The position numbers and the translations under genes are program-made. This document shows, in pieces, positions 37,479 through 51,640 of a DNA stretch of 64,000 bases. The DNA lies in contig NC_068999.1 of NCBI RefSeq assembly GCF_001194135.2, positions 34,756,400 to 34,820,399 of the forward strand. Reading direction: 5' to 3'. The notes under the pieces were generated by a model that did no database searches, was not told the DNA's origin, and saw only the letters and a program-made list of their open reading frames with translations. Position 1 is the first letter of the stretch. The number at the start of each line of letters is the position of its first letter. The DNA comes from Octopus bimaculoides (Eukaryota).

Positions 37479-38149
37479 GATCGATCGATCGATCTATCAG
37501 GATCTCTCAATTTTTACAATGACCTCTTTTCTTCAGATTCCTCTGGTCTCGTAACAACCATTCTCACCAACTCTCTTCTTTCGTGTATTCTCTTCCACCC
37601 GTCATCCCTACCGTACCCTCCCCTATATCCAGACCTAGCACTAAACATTCACCTACCCCTTTCCTTACACCCCAGAACGCCAATATCGAATCTTTTCCTG
37701 CAGACGTCTATTTGCAGCGATTTGAGTGGAACATTAACAACATCAATCACGTTGGTCTCAGAGGGACCTGCGGAGTCTATGAGCACGAGATTTCTCTGTC
37801 TATGTGTATGTGTATGTGTGTTTGTGTCTGTGTATATACATATGCCACAGCGCTCTCTTATTATTGTTTTACTCTAGGTCATCCTTGATAAAGAAGACCT
37901 CGGATCAAAGGTATCCCAGATATGGCTTATTTCTTTTAAATGTGTATCGAAAAGTTAATCATACAATAAATCCTTAGACATCCTCCTATTTCAAATGGTA
38001 GGACGTAATTTGAGGACATTTTCCGTTTTGCGTTCAACATGTTTTAAGCCATTTTTAACTCTGTTTTAAATAACTTAATACTTGATGGTAATCTTATTCA
38101 ATCAGAAAGCTCTTCTATTGAGTATTATTAAATACTGGATTCCATCCAT

Positions 38150-38335
38150 TTCCGCTCAAGATTTTCTACTATTTTTATATTTAATCAGGCCAGATCCGGC
38201 CTCTCACACTTAACCTAAAATATCCTTCCTACTATGTCACACTAGAAATAAACAATCGAAGCATCGAAATCTCAAAGCTACAATATGTGAATAAAGAAAC
38301 ATTACATTTGACAGAGCAACCTGAATCCTAAAAGG
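38150..38335. mobile_element. TTAA MITE, same family as 16855, opposite orientation
   Basis: CATTACATTTGACAGAGCAACCTGAATCCTAAAAGG|TTAA. Confidence 0.65.
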
Positions 38336-39027
38336 TTAAATAGACCATAGAATTTTCGGTAGAATTCTGTTTTAAGCCCCCCACCCCATTTAACCTCTCA
38401 TGGCTTCCTTATTTTTTTGGAATTTTTAGAAAATTTCTGCGTATTTTTGTTCTATACACAGGAATTCATAGGATTATTAAAATAATTTATTTTGAATAAT
38501 TTGAATTTTTTGAACGCTCCAGAAATTTTTTTTTTTAATTTTTAAATTTTTATATCCACCAGAAACCCTAAAAGTTCCACACGTTTCCAATTTTTTAAAA
38601 GATCGGATTTTAAAATACGGACGGTCCTAATTTTTTGTTTAAATCGCAGCAATGGTCCACACTTGGGTGTATTATCATTCCATTAAATGGGTTTATGAGG
38701 ACAACAATATTGAAAAACATCAATACATTTTAGAGTGACAAAGAAACGAGAACGGTATCAGGTGGTCATGAGATATGTGCTAAAAATAATAGTTACATTG
38801 TCAGTAAATATCATACACACACACAAGCACAAACAAACATACACCCCTTGGGTCCTTGGTCAAGTGTCTTTTGCTACAACTTCAAACCGACCAGAGACTT
38901 GTGAGTGTATTTGTTACAGGGAAACTGTGTGGAAGTCCATTATATATGTGTGTGTGTATATATACATACATAAAAATATATAAACTATACATACACACAC
39001 ACACGCGCACACATATATATATATATA

Positions 39028-39066
<39 letters not shown>

Positions 39067-39104
39067 TTTGTAGTAATACATAAATCCGGAGGAGAAGCAC
39101 ACCC

Positions 39105-39775
39105 TAAGACATAGAGCAGTTAATATTATAATAGGGGAGGCCGGTTTATATGGTTACTCTGGGTTGCTCACTCATAAGGGGTTTAATTTTACGGCGTATC
39201 TTTACACCCAAAGCACTGCTAGCCTAAGACGTCTTCAAATTATGGTGGAGGATGCATCGCTATAAAGGCAGACACTAGGTGATTATCTCAATTTGCCATT
39301 GGCCATCGAGCTTCGGCCGCGCTGCCATCTTGCGGTCACCAAAGAACCACGAAGGTAAACGATTGTCTCCCTATGGCCTTGGCTATTGGTTTCCGGCTGT
39401 AGCGTCACCTTGCGGATTCCAAAAGGCCAGCAGGAATTGTCTAAAATGCAAGCATGGCCCAAAAATCTTCGTCCTGGAGCATGGCCCCAAAATATTCGTT
39501 CTGGAGTTTAGTTGCACGAGCGAGTCTTTTGGGATTCTCGTGCGTTCGGCAATGTATAACTTGCACCGTTTCGTCCCGATGATGTAGGGGCCTTGGTTCT
39601 CGAGTATTTTCAATGCGATCGAGTATGGTTTCCCTTCGTCTCTTAGTTGCCAGATGTGACTGGCCAGCAATATCACGTTTCTCCTCCCCGGGACTCTAAA
39701 GGTGGACCAATGATTGGAAGCACCTTTGACGTAGCGATAGTAGCCTACGACAGCGCTGACATATGCGACCTCATA
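39105..39775 (-). mobile_element. Penelope-like element, GIY-YIG C-terminal region and 3' flank
   Basis: LASHIWQLRDEGKPYSIALKILENQGPYIIGTKRCKLYIAERTRIPK..LNSRTNILGPC matches the PLE pattern LS.HIW.LK..Y.I.W.IL....Y....C.LC..EK..LN.R.E...C. Confidence 0.8.
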
Positions 39776-39789
39776 CCCTTAGAAAAAGT

Positions 39790-39972
39790 TCCTGTCTGTC
39801 CTCTTTGGCCTCTACAGAGATGACGCTCTGGCCATCTCTAGGGGAGCAAGTGGCCATACACTAGACAGAGTAAGGAAAGGCTTAATCAGTACGCTCGCCT
39901 CCATGGGTTTGAAGATTACCACAGAGACGAACCTCAAAACAGCAGATGTCTTATATGTCACGCTTGATCTAG
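39790..39972 (+). mobile_element. Penelope-like RT fragment, inverted relative to the GIY-YIG piece
   Basis: GLYRDDALAISRGASGHTLDRVRKGLISTLASMGLKITTETNLKTADVLYVTLDL, with YRDD at 39813-39824. Confidence 0.85.
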
Positions 39973-39983
39973 GCTCCAAGATT

Positions 39984-40059
39984 CCACGCAGCGAGACTGA
40001 ACCCGGAACCATGTAGTTGGCAAGCAAGCTACTTACTACACAGCCACTCCTGCGTCTAT
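39984..40059 (-). mobile_element. SINE B head only
   Basis: Reverse complement AGGAGTGGCTGTGTAGTAAGTAGCTTGC..GGGTTCAGTCTCGCTGCGTGG. Confidence 0.8.
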
Positions 40060-40484
40060 AAAATGTTAACATGTTTTCAAATATAGTTCGAACCCTTATG
40101 ATTGTCATTCACTGACCAAATTACTCGCTGTAGACAAATAGGTGTAAAACACTGAATCAGCTCACAACTACAGGTAACCAGAGTGTGGGATGCATATATT
40201 TTGGGGCGAGCGATTATCTCCTCTTCAACCACAGGGGACGGGAAGGCAGGTGCTGCAAACTGACACGGGTGACAGGTTCTGTGTTATGATATTCCCGCCA
40301 TCGTTCAATGACTGGTTGCTCTATTCAGCGGCTCTCCGTAAATAAAATACGATGCTAAGCAATGATAGTGTATAGATACAAACTTGTCACCAGTTCAAAT
40401 ATGCTTGAGGTATATTCGAACTCGTAAGAAAATCATTCACGGTATTGTCTAATGGCTGATCACCATATGGTACCGTTAACCTCG

Positions 40485-40640
40485 ACACATTTTTTCTCTC
40501 CATTTTTTTCCTCTCACCCTTTTCTGACGAAGAGCGTTGATTCGAATCGTCTCTTTTCCATTTTTATCTGAGCTCCAAACTAATACACCTGCGTGTTGTT
40601 CTCTCCTGCCGCTGTCTTTTGCTTGCAGTACATTGGAACC
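40485..40640 (+). mobile_element. Family H1 copy 3 (degenerate hammerhead)
   Basis: TTT-CTGACGA-A-GAGC-gttg-ATTC-GAAT-CGTC at 40521-40551, then AAACTAATACAC as in copy 1. Followed by (CA)n. Confidence 0.55.
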
Positions 40641-40649
40641 ATATACACG

Positions 40650-40696
<47 letters not shown>

Positions 40697-41425
40697 CACA
40701 CACACACACACATGAAGAATGTCAGCACAAGAGAAATAAATAAACTGTACAGAGAATGTATTGGCCAAGTTTCGTATACAACTGAAAAGAATTGCCCACG
40801 GCTCCACGATGAGTTGTCGAACTTTGAAATGAAGCTAAAGTTTTAATTAGGCAATCATGTCGTCATCATTATACTTCCCTAATTACATTTACATGAACAA
40901 TCAGTGCTATTATGTGTGTGATAGTGACAGCCATGCTACAAAAAATACATAATAGGACAGTAATGAGGACCACAACTTCCTGCTTTACATACCTGGAATA
41001 TTATTCGCGGATGATTTTTTTTTTTCTTTAAAGATAATATTTTGTTCCCTTATAACGCGTATTGATTAAATCTATACTGACTGGTTGTATAACTGTTTTA
41101 CACCATAGCACCAGATATATTCTCAGATATCTTTATGCATAAACACGCGCTCACAACTATTCTCAACATATATGCATATAAACTTAAAATACACACACAT
41201 ACACACACACGCACCTAGAGACAAACACGCACACATACACATATGTGTGTGTGTCTGTGTGTGTGCATGTGTATGTATATACCTGTCCTGTATTTTATAA
41301 CATTACACATGCATGTATATGTGTGTGTGTGAGTGTAGATGTGCATGTATGAGCGTATGAATATATACATTTGCATATGCATATATATATAGATATATAT
41401 ATGTGTTTGTATGTGTGTGTGTGTA

Positions 41426-41472
<47 letters not shown>

Positions 41473-42132
41473 ATAGCATTTCTCAGTATAACAAAACACT
41501 AATTCATATTTATTTCGCATATTAAGTTGATGCACACACACAAAACTAAAATCAAAAAAAAAAAAAAAACGCGCGTGGGCACACAGACACACACATACAT
41601 GGATACACAGATTTAAAAATTCACATATGCAGACACATAAAAATATGATATGCAGATCAATATATATGAATACCATATGCATATAATCAATCTATACATA
41701 GATATACATATATGTATATGTATATGTGTGAATGTATATATATATNNNNNNNNNNNNNNNNNNNNNNNNNNNNNNNNNNNNNNNNNNNNNNNNNNNNNNN
41801 NNNNNNNNNNNNNNNNNNNNNNNNNNNNNNNNNNNNNNNNNNNNNNNNNNNNNNNNNNNNNNNNNNNNNNNNNNNNNNATATATATAACAAATTCCTCTT
41901 ATTCTTTTGCAAAACCAGCTGGATTTCATCAGTAAGGAGACACATAACGGCAAATACGTGTCTCACAATAGCCTCAGAATCAAAATGTCTCTATAAGAAA
42001 ACACAAACTCTTATTTATTTCACAGTGTCCCTATAGTACTTAGAGAAATGCCTTACACAGCTACAGCTGCACCATGTATGTATATGTATATATATATATA
42101 TATATATATTCCATCTTCTGTCTTTCATTTGT

Positions 42133-42183
<51 letters not shown>

Positions 42184-42499
42184 TTCTATATACATTGATT
42201 TACAACTCAACACATATTTTAAGATGTATGGCTTCATAATAATATCACCACTTTCTCCGCTGTGCTGTTTTCTTTCAGTACACCAGCGCCGTTTTCGTTC
42301 GATAGATGGCTCCAGCAGGGTGAATATATAGAAATTTATATCGGATTTATTTGGAAGCATATACTGGTGCGCATTTATTTTACACACTTACGCGAACGCG
42401 CGCCTATTTAGATGCGTGTAAGCGTGTAAGTATGTCTGTGTATTATGTACTGTTCAATTGAGAAAAGTAACATACACACACATAGATAGCTCGATAGAT

Positions 42500-42535
<36 letters not shown>

Positions 42536-42765
42536 CAAGATAGCTACATACATACATACCTACACAGACACAAGTACATATTCACGCATAGATACATACA
42601 TACATACATACCTACACAGACACAAGTACACATTCACGCATAGATACATACATACATACATGCGTACATTGTGAATTATAAATAGATAGAAATAGAGAGG
42701 GATTTTTAACAATAATGATGATGATGATGGTGGTGATGATGACGACGATGGTGATGATGATGAGG

Positions 42766-42807
<42 letters not shown>

Positions 42808-42875
42808 TGGATGTGGATGATGATGATGATGAGGATGATGATAATGATAATAATAACAACAACAACAACAACAGC

Positions 42876-42917
<42 letters not shown>

Positions 42918-43260
42918 TATTATTANNNNNNNNNNGATTTCAAAAAATGTTTTCGATATGAGCATGAATGTATTGGAGATTTCTTTGGTGGTTTGTTTGA
43001 AGCAGAAGTATTAAGAACTCGCATAGAATGGGTTGTTATGATGGCTGACGTAAAGTAAACACACCGTATTATTAACCAGAATGTCAACTGGTCTAGCGGT
43101 GTTTGTGGATCCCAAGGTGAACACCAATCGACTACGTCTATGAATTGTTTGTGACGTTATGACGTCTATGGCTTGTGATTACCTCCAATTTGTTCTTGTC
43201 CCCATTCAAAAAAAAAAGAAAAAAAGCAGAAAAAGGAAGAATACCTGTCTTTTTCAAAGA

Positions 43261-43399
43261 TCTTTTACGTATTTCAGTCATTAGAATGCGGCCAGGCTGG
43301 GGCACCGCTTAGACGATTTTGTTAGACCTCAGTACTGATCATTTTAAGCGTGATACTTATTTTATTCGTTCCTTTTGCCGAACGGTTAGATTACGGGGA

Positions 43400-43433
<34 letters not shown>

Positions 43434-43458
43434 CGACGAGCTTCTTTCAGTTTCCGTC
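43261..43458 (-). mobile_element. SINE B, 3' and central part, running into a gap
   Basis: Family B tail and CTTCTTTCAGTTTCCGTC. Confidence 0.8.
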
Positions 43459-45004
43459 NNNNNNNNNNNNNNNNNNNNNNNNNNNNNNNNNNNNNNNNNN
43501 NNNNNNNNNNNNNNNNNNNNNNNNNNNNNNNNNNNNNNNNNNNNNNNNNNNNNNNNNNNNNNNNNNNNNNNNNNNNNNNNNNNNNNNNNNNNNNNNNNNN
43601 NNNNNNNNNNNNNNNNNNNNNNNNNNNNNNNNNNNNNNNNNNNNNNNNNNNNNNNNNNNNNNNNNNNNNNNNNNNNNNNNNNNNNNNNNNNNNNNNNNNN
43701 NNNNNNNNNNNNNNNNNNNNNNNNNNNNNNNNNNNNNNNNNNNNNNNNNNNNNNNNNNNNNNNNNNNNNNNNNNNNNNNNNNNNNNNNNNNNNNNNNNNN
43801 NNNNNNNNNNNNNNNNNNNNNNNNNNNNNNNNNNNNNNNNNNNNNNNNNNNNNNNNNNNNNNNNNNNNNNNNNNNNNNNNNNNNNNNNNNNNNNNNNNNN
43901 NNNNNNNNNNNNNNNNNNNNNNNNNNNNNNNNNNNNNNNNNNNNNNNNNNNNNNNNNNNTATATATATATATATATATATTAGCAGAGATACCTGGCGTT
44001 GTTCGGGATTAAAATGGCATAGTTTGTATATAATATATTACAGTTATGTTGAAACTGGTGATATGGGAATGTGCAGCATTGACAACAAAATATTTGTGGA
44101 GAAAATAATGGGCTAATTCGACTAAGCAACATACCATGCGTCCGTTTGGAGTATTTCAGGCCCTAACCTGTCTTGAAAAATTGGGCGTGGGGGTTATGTG
44201 ATTTTTGAAATCACCGAAAAGATGTCAGTGGATATATTCTCATTTGCAGCAGTCAGTGCTGTGTCTAACATGACCCATCATCTGAAATTTTAACACCTCC
44301 TTCGAGTTTGTTGTCCTACATCACCCATGAAGTAAATTTGGAGAAACTGTGGTTGTTATTTGTGGGTAACGGGGAACCAATGAGGTAATAGACTTGCCCT
44401 TGAACTTTGACGTCGGCGTAAATTCATGTTTGTCTCTCTTTTTAGATGCACAAAACGATTTTTATTTGAAATGCAGAGTTGTATTATCTGATATTGTTCA
44501 GAAAATCTTTTGACTAGATGGAAGTGCTTTCTTGAAGATCCATAAGAGGTTGAGGAGGGGCTGGTAAGGCAGGCAATGTTACCTGATCACCTGAGCAGCA
44601 CATATCATTTGTTTAATTTGAAAATTTTAAAGCACTCAGAAACGACAGTTTGTGTTTGACACACCAATTTGGACAGAGTTATCATTTTTATAAGAATGGG
44701 ATGGATCATATCTGAAAATAGCTTCAGGAGTTGTGAAGAACGAATTTATACGTAGTCTGTTTCTGACAGTTATTCTATTGGACCTTTGTCTAATCATTAA
44801 AACATTTATTTAATGATCCAGCATTAAGTGCTGTAACATTCCTTTGCTGATCGTGAGAAAATCTCATATCGATTCTCTCTTTAGACTCTCGCTTTCGGTT
44901 TTCTACAATCCTCCTTGCTTTATACTTGTTTCTGGAGAGATTACGTTTTTTCTTTGGTGGCATGTTGTTTTCAATATTGTAAACAAAAAACTATGAACAT
45001 AGAA

Positions 45005-45162
45005 AGAGGAGTGGCTGTGTGGTAAGTAGCTTGCTTACCAGCCACATGGTTCCGGGTTCAGTCCTACTGCGTAGCACCTTGGAGAAGTGTCTTCTACCAT
45101 AGCCTCGGACCGACCAAAGCCTTGTCAGTGGATTTGGCAGATGGAAACTGAAAGAATCCCGT

Positions 45163-45205
<43 letters not shown>

Positions 45206-45493
45206 NNNNNNNNNNNNNNNNNNNNNNNNNNNNNNNNNNNNNNNNNNNNNNNNNNNNNNNNNNNNNNNNTGTGTGTGTGTGTGTGTGTGTGTGTCTGTGT
45301 TTTCTCCCACCATCGCTTGACAAACGATGGTGGTGTGTTTACGTCCCCGTAACTTCGCGGTTCGGTAAAAGAGCCCGATAGAATAAGTACTAGACTTACA
45401 AAGAATAATTCCTGGGGTCGATTTGTTCGACTAAAGACGCTGCTCCAGCATGGCTGCAGTCAAATGACTGAAACAAATAAAAGAATAAAAGAA
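45005..45493 (+). mobile_element. SINE B, full length
   Basis: Complete head, internal (TA)n-gap-(TG)n, and tail. Confidence 0.9.
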
Positions 45494-46564
45494 TTAATCC
45501 CTATTTTTGTAAGCAGTTGTATGTATGTAGTATGTTTTTATTATTGTATGGAGTATAAATTAAACAAATAGAATGACACACCATTCTGTTGTGGTGGTTC
45601 ATTTTGTGTTTCTCCCGCTCATTCCGTAAAAATGTATTTGAAGTGAATAGAAATTGAAAGAAGAGAAAGCGAAAGGACAGAGAGAGGAAGTGATGATGTA
45701 TGTACGTCTATATGAATTGAAATGTGTGTGTGTGTGCGTGTTTGTGTGTGTTTATGTGTGTGCGTGCGAGTGTATGTGAGAGAGAAAGAGAGTGAGAAAG
45801 AGAGATAGAGTGAGTGAGTGAAGGTGTGATTGATGTCTTTTACGGTACATACGCGTATAGAAAATGTGACGTCATCGTATAAAATGTTTATGATAGTTCA
45901 TTTATGGAAAAGATTATAATGTTAAATTTTTGAACTGCAAATATGTGAATGGAAATTAAGTTTAATTTGTAGCCGAAATAGTACTGTGGTTACAATGTGG
46001 TCTTCTTAACCACACAGCTATCCATGAACCCGTAAAGTTAAAGACACAACGTGGGATTCTTTTGATTGTTGATTTATGTTTGTCTCGCAGAATTTTTGAT
46101 AAAATGCCTTCCAACTGTAACCACATGATCTATTTAATGATATCCAAAATTTCATTATCTTATGTTTGTCCTTTTTTGTTAGCTAAGAGAGTAAAGTGTT
46201 ATGTGAGGGTGTTTTGGATACTATTTCTAGCATTGTCGAGTGACCACGTTGGTTCGATGGTACCGTAGCGATACTGCTGAATGATTTACTGTCTTTCAGT
46301 CGTGAGTTCAACTTCTCTGATTGAAGAAAAAGAAATGATTAAGTAGAGTTTTTCAGTTATCTAAATGGGTATTAAATACCAGAATGAAAAATATGTACGT
46401 TTGCATAAGATTTTAACCAATTGCCCTGTCAAAGTAGTTTCGTAAGTTTGTCCTAAACATCCATGCTTCTTTTTAAACTCTTATTTAGCCCTTTTCTCAT
46501 ACAATCTTAGTAACATAAAGCATTACTCTCATAAAGCCCAAGTTACTCTAGTGTTTTTATTATT

Positions 46565-46880
46565 TTATTTCTTTTATTTGCTTCACTCATTTGACTACGA
46601 CCATGCTGGAGCAAAAAACTCGGGAATCTTTCTTTTGCCTTTTACTTATATCTATCATTGGTCTACAGCAACGTTAGGGGACTGCCTTCAAGGATATAGT
46701 CGGAAAAATCGATCCCAGTATTTATCTTTTTTAATAGGGTATTCGTTCTATCGGTCTTTTTTGCTGAACTGCTAGTTTACGGCGACGTAAACAAACCAAC
46801 GCCAGTTGTCAAGCAGTATTGGTGGTGGTGGTGGTGTGGAACAAACACAGACGCAAATTTCAACACACACACGCTCGCAC

Positions 46881-46945
<65 letters not shown>

Positions 46946-47115
46946 GATGTATATTTACACGACTAACCTCTTTCAGTTTCCGTGTACCAAACCCAATTAC
47001 AATGCTTTGGTTGGCCCAAGGTTGCAGTACAAGACTCTTACTTCAAGTAACATTCAGTGGGACTGAACCCAAAACCATTTGGTAGTGAAGCAAACTTCTT
47101 ACTACCCAATCACAC
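46565..47115 (-). mobile_element. SINE B, diverged, internal (CA)n
   Basis: Family B tail, body and head remnants. Confidence 0.8.
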
Positions 47116-47212
47116 ATGTGTCATAAATGCCAAGAAAATATATCTGTGTATCATGTGTGACACAAGACAGGCAAAGGGATAAATTTTTAAAATGGATCTA
47201 TAAAACACAGGT

Positions 47213-47396
47213 GATATTGGTTTCACATTTTGACACAAATTTTCATTGACCCTAGTGTTCAACTGGCCCTTATATTATTGACCACGAAAGGATGCAAGAC
47301 AAAATCGACCCTGGCGGATTTTAAACTCAGATCATAGAGACGGACGAAATGCTGCAAAACATTTTGCCTAGCGCGCTAACGAATACGCCAGCTCAC
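47213..47396 (-). mobile_element. SINE A with internal deletion
   Basis: Head reverse complement GTGAGCTGGCGTATTCGTTAGC, family A body. Confidence 0.8.
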
Positions 47397-48126
47397 AAAA
47401 TTTAAGACAAGTAATACTGAAGCAACACCAACGAGTGTATAGGATTTTTGCTGTTATAAGTTTACTTTAGTGCTATATCATTGTGGCTGTGTGACTAATT
47501 AGCATATATATANNNNNNNNNNNNNNNNNNNNNNNNNNNNNNNNNNNNNNNNNNNNNNNNNNNNNNNNNNNNNNNNNNNNNNNNNNNNNNNNNNNNNNNN
47601 NNNNNNNNNNNNNNNNNNNNNNNNNNNNNNNNNNNNNNNNNNNNNNNNNNNNNNNNNNNNNGTATGTATGTATGTATGTATGAATGTATGTATGTATGAA
47701 TGTATGTATGTATTTATAGATCTCTACCAAAGATTTGATAAAAATATTTTGCCTATTATCAACGTAGCAAAATTCTCATATGACAGGTTGTTAATCATAC
47801 AATTTTGTGTGCATATCAATTTTGATAAGAGTTATAACGCAACCCATTATAAAGACTACTTACTTACTTACTTTACTATGAAACGGTTTTCTTAACCGAT
47901 ATTGTATGCAGGGTCAATATGTTTCATGTCATTTTAACCTGTTTAAAGACAACAGTTAATGTTGTCTGTTATTTACTGTCTGCTATGAATTAATAAAATC
48001 TGACCCTGAAGAGATACAATATCCCATATTTTATAACATTCATGAGTGAGTCGGGATATTGCATCGAAATGTTCATAGGTCATTAATCAAGTCTTTACAA
48101 TGGATCGCGTTATAGCTCTTATTTAA

Positions 48127-48166
<40 letters not shown>

Positions 48167-48588
48167 GACGAGCTTCTTTCAGTTTCCGCGAGTAGTTGGT
48201 TGTTAATTATTGTAATTTGTTTCATCTGATGATTACGGTTTTTTGTAATTGAGTAATGTTCTCATTCTATTAAGAAGATGCGTAAGAAACAGCTGTAATG
48301 AACAGACAACTATCCATCGTATATTACTATTCTTTTGATTATAATACACCAAGGGGATTTACGACTTGTCAGACACCCTAGACTATACCAACAGCGTATT
48401 ATTCCGCGTAACACGTGATTTGGACCAGCTCCTAGGCGCTGAATACTCATAGGGCTGGTTTTCTCTGTGAGCACAACCGGAATATCCTATTTGCTAGTGA
48501 CCAACCATAGGCCGAACTACAGGTTTATCCAACCCTACCTGATGTATATCTTTTCAAGTACCTCATTCTATCTGAATCCTTATTTTAC

Positions 48589-48652
<64 letters not shown>

Positions 48653-48708
48653 CATACATGCATACGCATACACACATACCTACGTGTGAACACACACGCA
48701 CATATATG

Positions 48709-48753
<45 letters not shown>

Positions 48754-49459
48754 ATATATGGATTATACCTATACATTTATGTACGAATATGCATCTACGC
48801 GAACACATATATGCATGCTTGCTAGTGTTTCTGTGTGTATGAGACTTTATATCTACGCCTGTACCTCTATGAGATATAACATATACATACGTGTGTGTAT
48901 GTATGTGTGTGTTTGCGCGCACGCACATGTGTGTGTGTACAGGAATGGTGATGTGTGCTGGCGTTTCTGCATGGAACGGACAAGACACAGGCTGTTGGCT
49001 TCGAAAGCTTCTAAACTTCCAGGATGTTGGTTTCGAGATGAGCAAAAGTCGAAGGAAACGAGCAAACCTGTGAAAAGCCTTGAATTTTTTTTTTTTTTCC
49101 TTTTTCTTTTTTCTGTTGTTGTTTTTGGGTGTTTAGTTGTGATTGTTTATTTGTTGTTTGTTCTTCGATATGGCCTCTGGAATGAGGAAATATGGATGAA
49201 AGACACAACATTAAGGAGATTTGTAGGAGAAAAAATATGCATTGGATAAGAGAACACCTAGCGGGAAGTTCCGCTCGTAATGTGTATGTATGTATGTATG
49301 TATGTATGTATGTATGTATGTATGTATGTATGTATGAATGTATGTATGTATGTACTTATGTAAGTACGTGTATGCATATAGCATGTGCGTGTGTGTGCTT
49401 GCGTGCATCGTGTATACATACACAAAGACACTCATATTTAAGTGAGATTATGTGTGTGA

Positions 49460-49509
<50 letters not shown>

Positions 49510-49510
49510 T

Positions 49511-49549
<39 letters not shown>

Positions 49550-49611
49550 GCATATATATATATATATATGGGTGTATGGATATATGAATATTGAATTATG
49601 TATGTAGGTGG

Positions 49612-49642
<31 letters not shown>

Positions 49643-49882
49643 TATATATTCTATGTGTGCATGCGTTTGTGCGTATGAGTGTGCGTGTGTGCGTGCGTGT
49701 GTGTGTGTGTGTGCGCGCGCGCGCAATCAGAATGGTGTCCGTGTTGAAGACAGAATAACAACAAAACAAGATGGCATGCTATGTACAACTCTATCGTGGA
49801 ATGCAGGAAAGAATAACCTTTTTTGTTATATCTCTTCCTTTCATTTAACAACAACAACACAACAACAACAACAACAACAGCA

Positions 49883-49945
<63 letters not shown>

Positions 49946-50320
49946 TTCTGTATGGTGGAAGGAGCTGTTATTTCCTGTATGTCTCTACCTTTCCGGAGTA
50001 CGAGACAGAGTGTAAATAGCCGTAAAAAGCTGATATACCAAGACACTATGTAATATACTGTGAAGTTTAAGTCTTCATTTACCATATTCCCGGTATTTTT
50101 TTAAAAGTATATATTCCTTGTTTATATTATTTCATATTTCTTCATTATTTTCCTTCATAAAAACAAAAATAAACAAACAAAACTGAACCTTATTCCACTG
50201 CATCTCCCTTGCTTTCTTAACAATGGATATTTCTATGAATTCGTACATCTTCAGATTTTGAAGTTAGCGTGTGTAGTCAATGAAATTGATATCACTACTT
50301 GACTGGTCTAATCTATCTTT

Positions 50321-50527
50321 GATATTGGTTTGATATTTCGGCACAAGGCCAGAAATTTTAGGGGCGGGTAGGAGATTAATCGATCACATCGGACCCCAGT
50401 GTTCAACTGGTACTTATTTTATCAACTCAGAAAGGATAAAAGCCATAGTCGATCACGGCGGAATTTGAATTTTGAACTTAACGACGCATTGTCCGACGTG
50501 CTAACGATTCTGTATCTCACCGCCTTC
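50321..50527 (-). mobile_element. SINE A, tail type 3
   Basis: Reverse complement ...CTGGCCTTGTGCCGAAATATC tail, family A body and head. Confidence 0.85.
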
Positions 50528-50648
50528 AATCGATATTAAATCACGAAGACCATCGTCAGCAGATACGTCTAGTCATATGCTTATGCTGTTGGACTAACGA
50601 GAAATTGATGGGCCATAAATAGGCATCTGCTATAATTACATGTACAAT

Positions 50649-51256
50649 AGGCGTAGGAGTGGCTGTACGACAAGAAGTTTGCTTCCCAACCACATGGTCC
50701 CGGGTTCAATCCCCACTGCGTGGCACTTTAGATTTCTACTATGCCCTCGGGCCAACCAAAGCCCTGTAAGTGAATTTGGTAGACGGAAACTGAAAGAAGC
50801 CCGTCATATATATATANNNNNNNNNNNNNNNNNNNNNNNNNNNNNNNNNNNNNNNNNNNNNNNNNNNNNNNNNNNNNNNNNNNNNNNNNNNNNNNNNNNN
50901 NNNNNNNNNNNNNNNNNNNNNNNNNNNNNNNNNNNNNNNNNNNNNNNNNNNNNNNNNNNNNNNNNNNNNNNNNNNNNNNNATATATATATATATATATAT
51001 ACGTGTATGTATATATTTGTGTGTGTGCCGATGTGTCTAGGTTTGTTCCCTCACCATCGCTTAACCACCGATGTTGGTGTGTTTATTACTCCGTGACTTA
51101 GCGGTTCAGCAAGTGAGGAGCGATAGAATAAGTACTAGGCTGGCAGGGAATAAGTCCTGAGGTCGATTTCTTCGACTGAGACCCTTCAAGGTGGTACTGG
51201 AGCATGGCCGCAGTCAAATGACTGAAACACGAAGAATAATAAAAGAATAAAAGAAT
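50649..51256 (+). mobile_element. SINE B, full length
   Basis: AGGCGTAGGAGTGGCTG head, internal (TA)n and gap, tail. Confidence 0.9.
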
Positions 51257-51269
51257 ATCAATTTCCCAG

Positions 51270-51640
51270 AATCTTTGATTCCAAACCCTTTCAGAATTAT
51301 CGATTTTTTCGAACCAGAGGTGGCCGCCTTCAGAACCACACACCAAATTCTACAAATATTTATTTCATTTAAACAATTAAATGAAATCCTGGCACCTGTT
51401 TATCAGTGTAAATCAGTACGGATTATAAGAGAACCCGGGCGATCACTGTTTGGAAACGCTGTGGTACTTGTATGGTACCCGTATTCATGTTTTGTTGTTC
51501 AGAAGTGCACTGTATCCTACAATCCACGGTTGGTCTTAAGACGCGGAGTAAATACTGATCGACTTCATTTACTGCTAACGTTCTTTCATAGAGATTTCGA
51601 GGTGTGGAGAAACTCATCAATATTTCGTCTGTATAACGCT
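51270..51640 (-). mobile_element. Probable decayed Penelope-type RT fragment
   Basis: RYTDEIL...RIQCTSEQQNMNTGT resembles PLE RY.DD...L.....IQFT.E.E. Frameshifted and recognised by eye only. Confidence 0.45.

Noticed and set aside
40385-40480. Open minus-strand frame LTVPYGDQPLDNTVNDFLTSSNIPQAYLN
   Set aside because: The putative acceptor is preceded by a purine-rich tract belonging to the H1 repeat.
42555-42660. 52-bp tandem duplication
   Set aside because: An ordinary slippage product within a (TACA)n tract.
48940-49075. GC-richer unique segment with open frames on both strands (includes SCPFHA)
   Set aside because: No good splice donor on either strand and no recognisable homology. The CP motif is likely chance.
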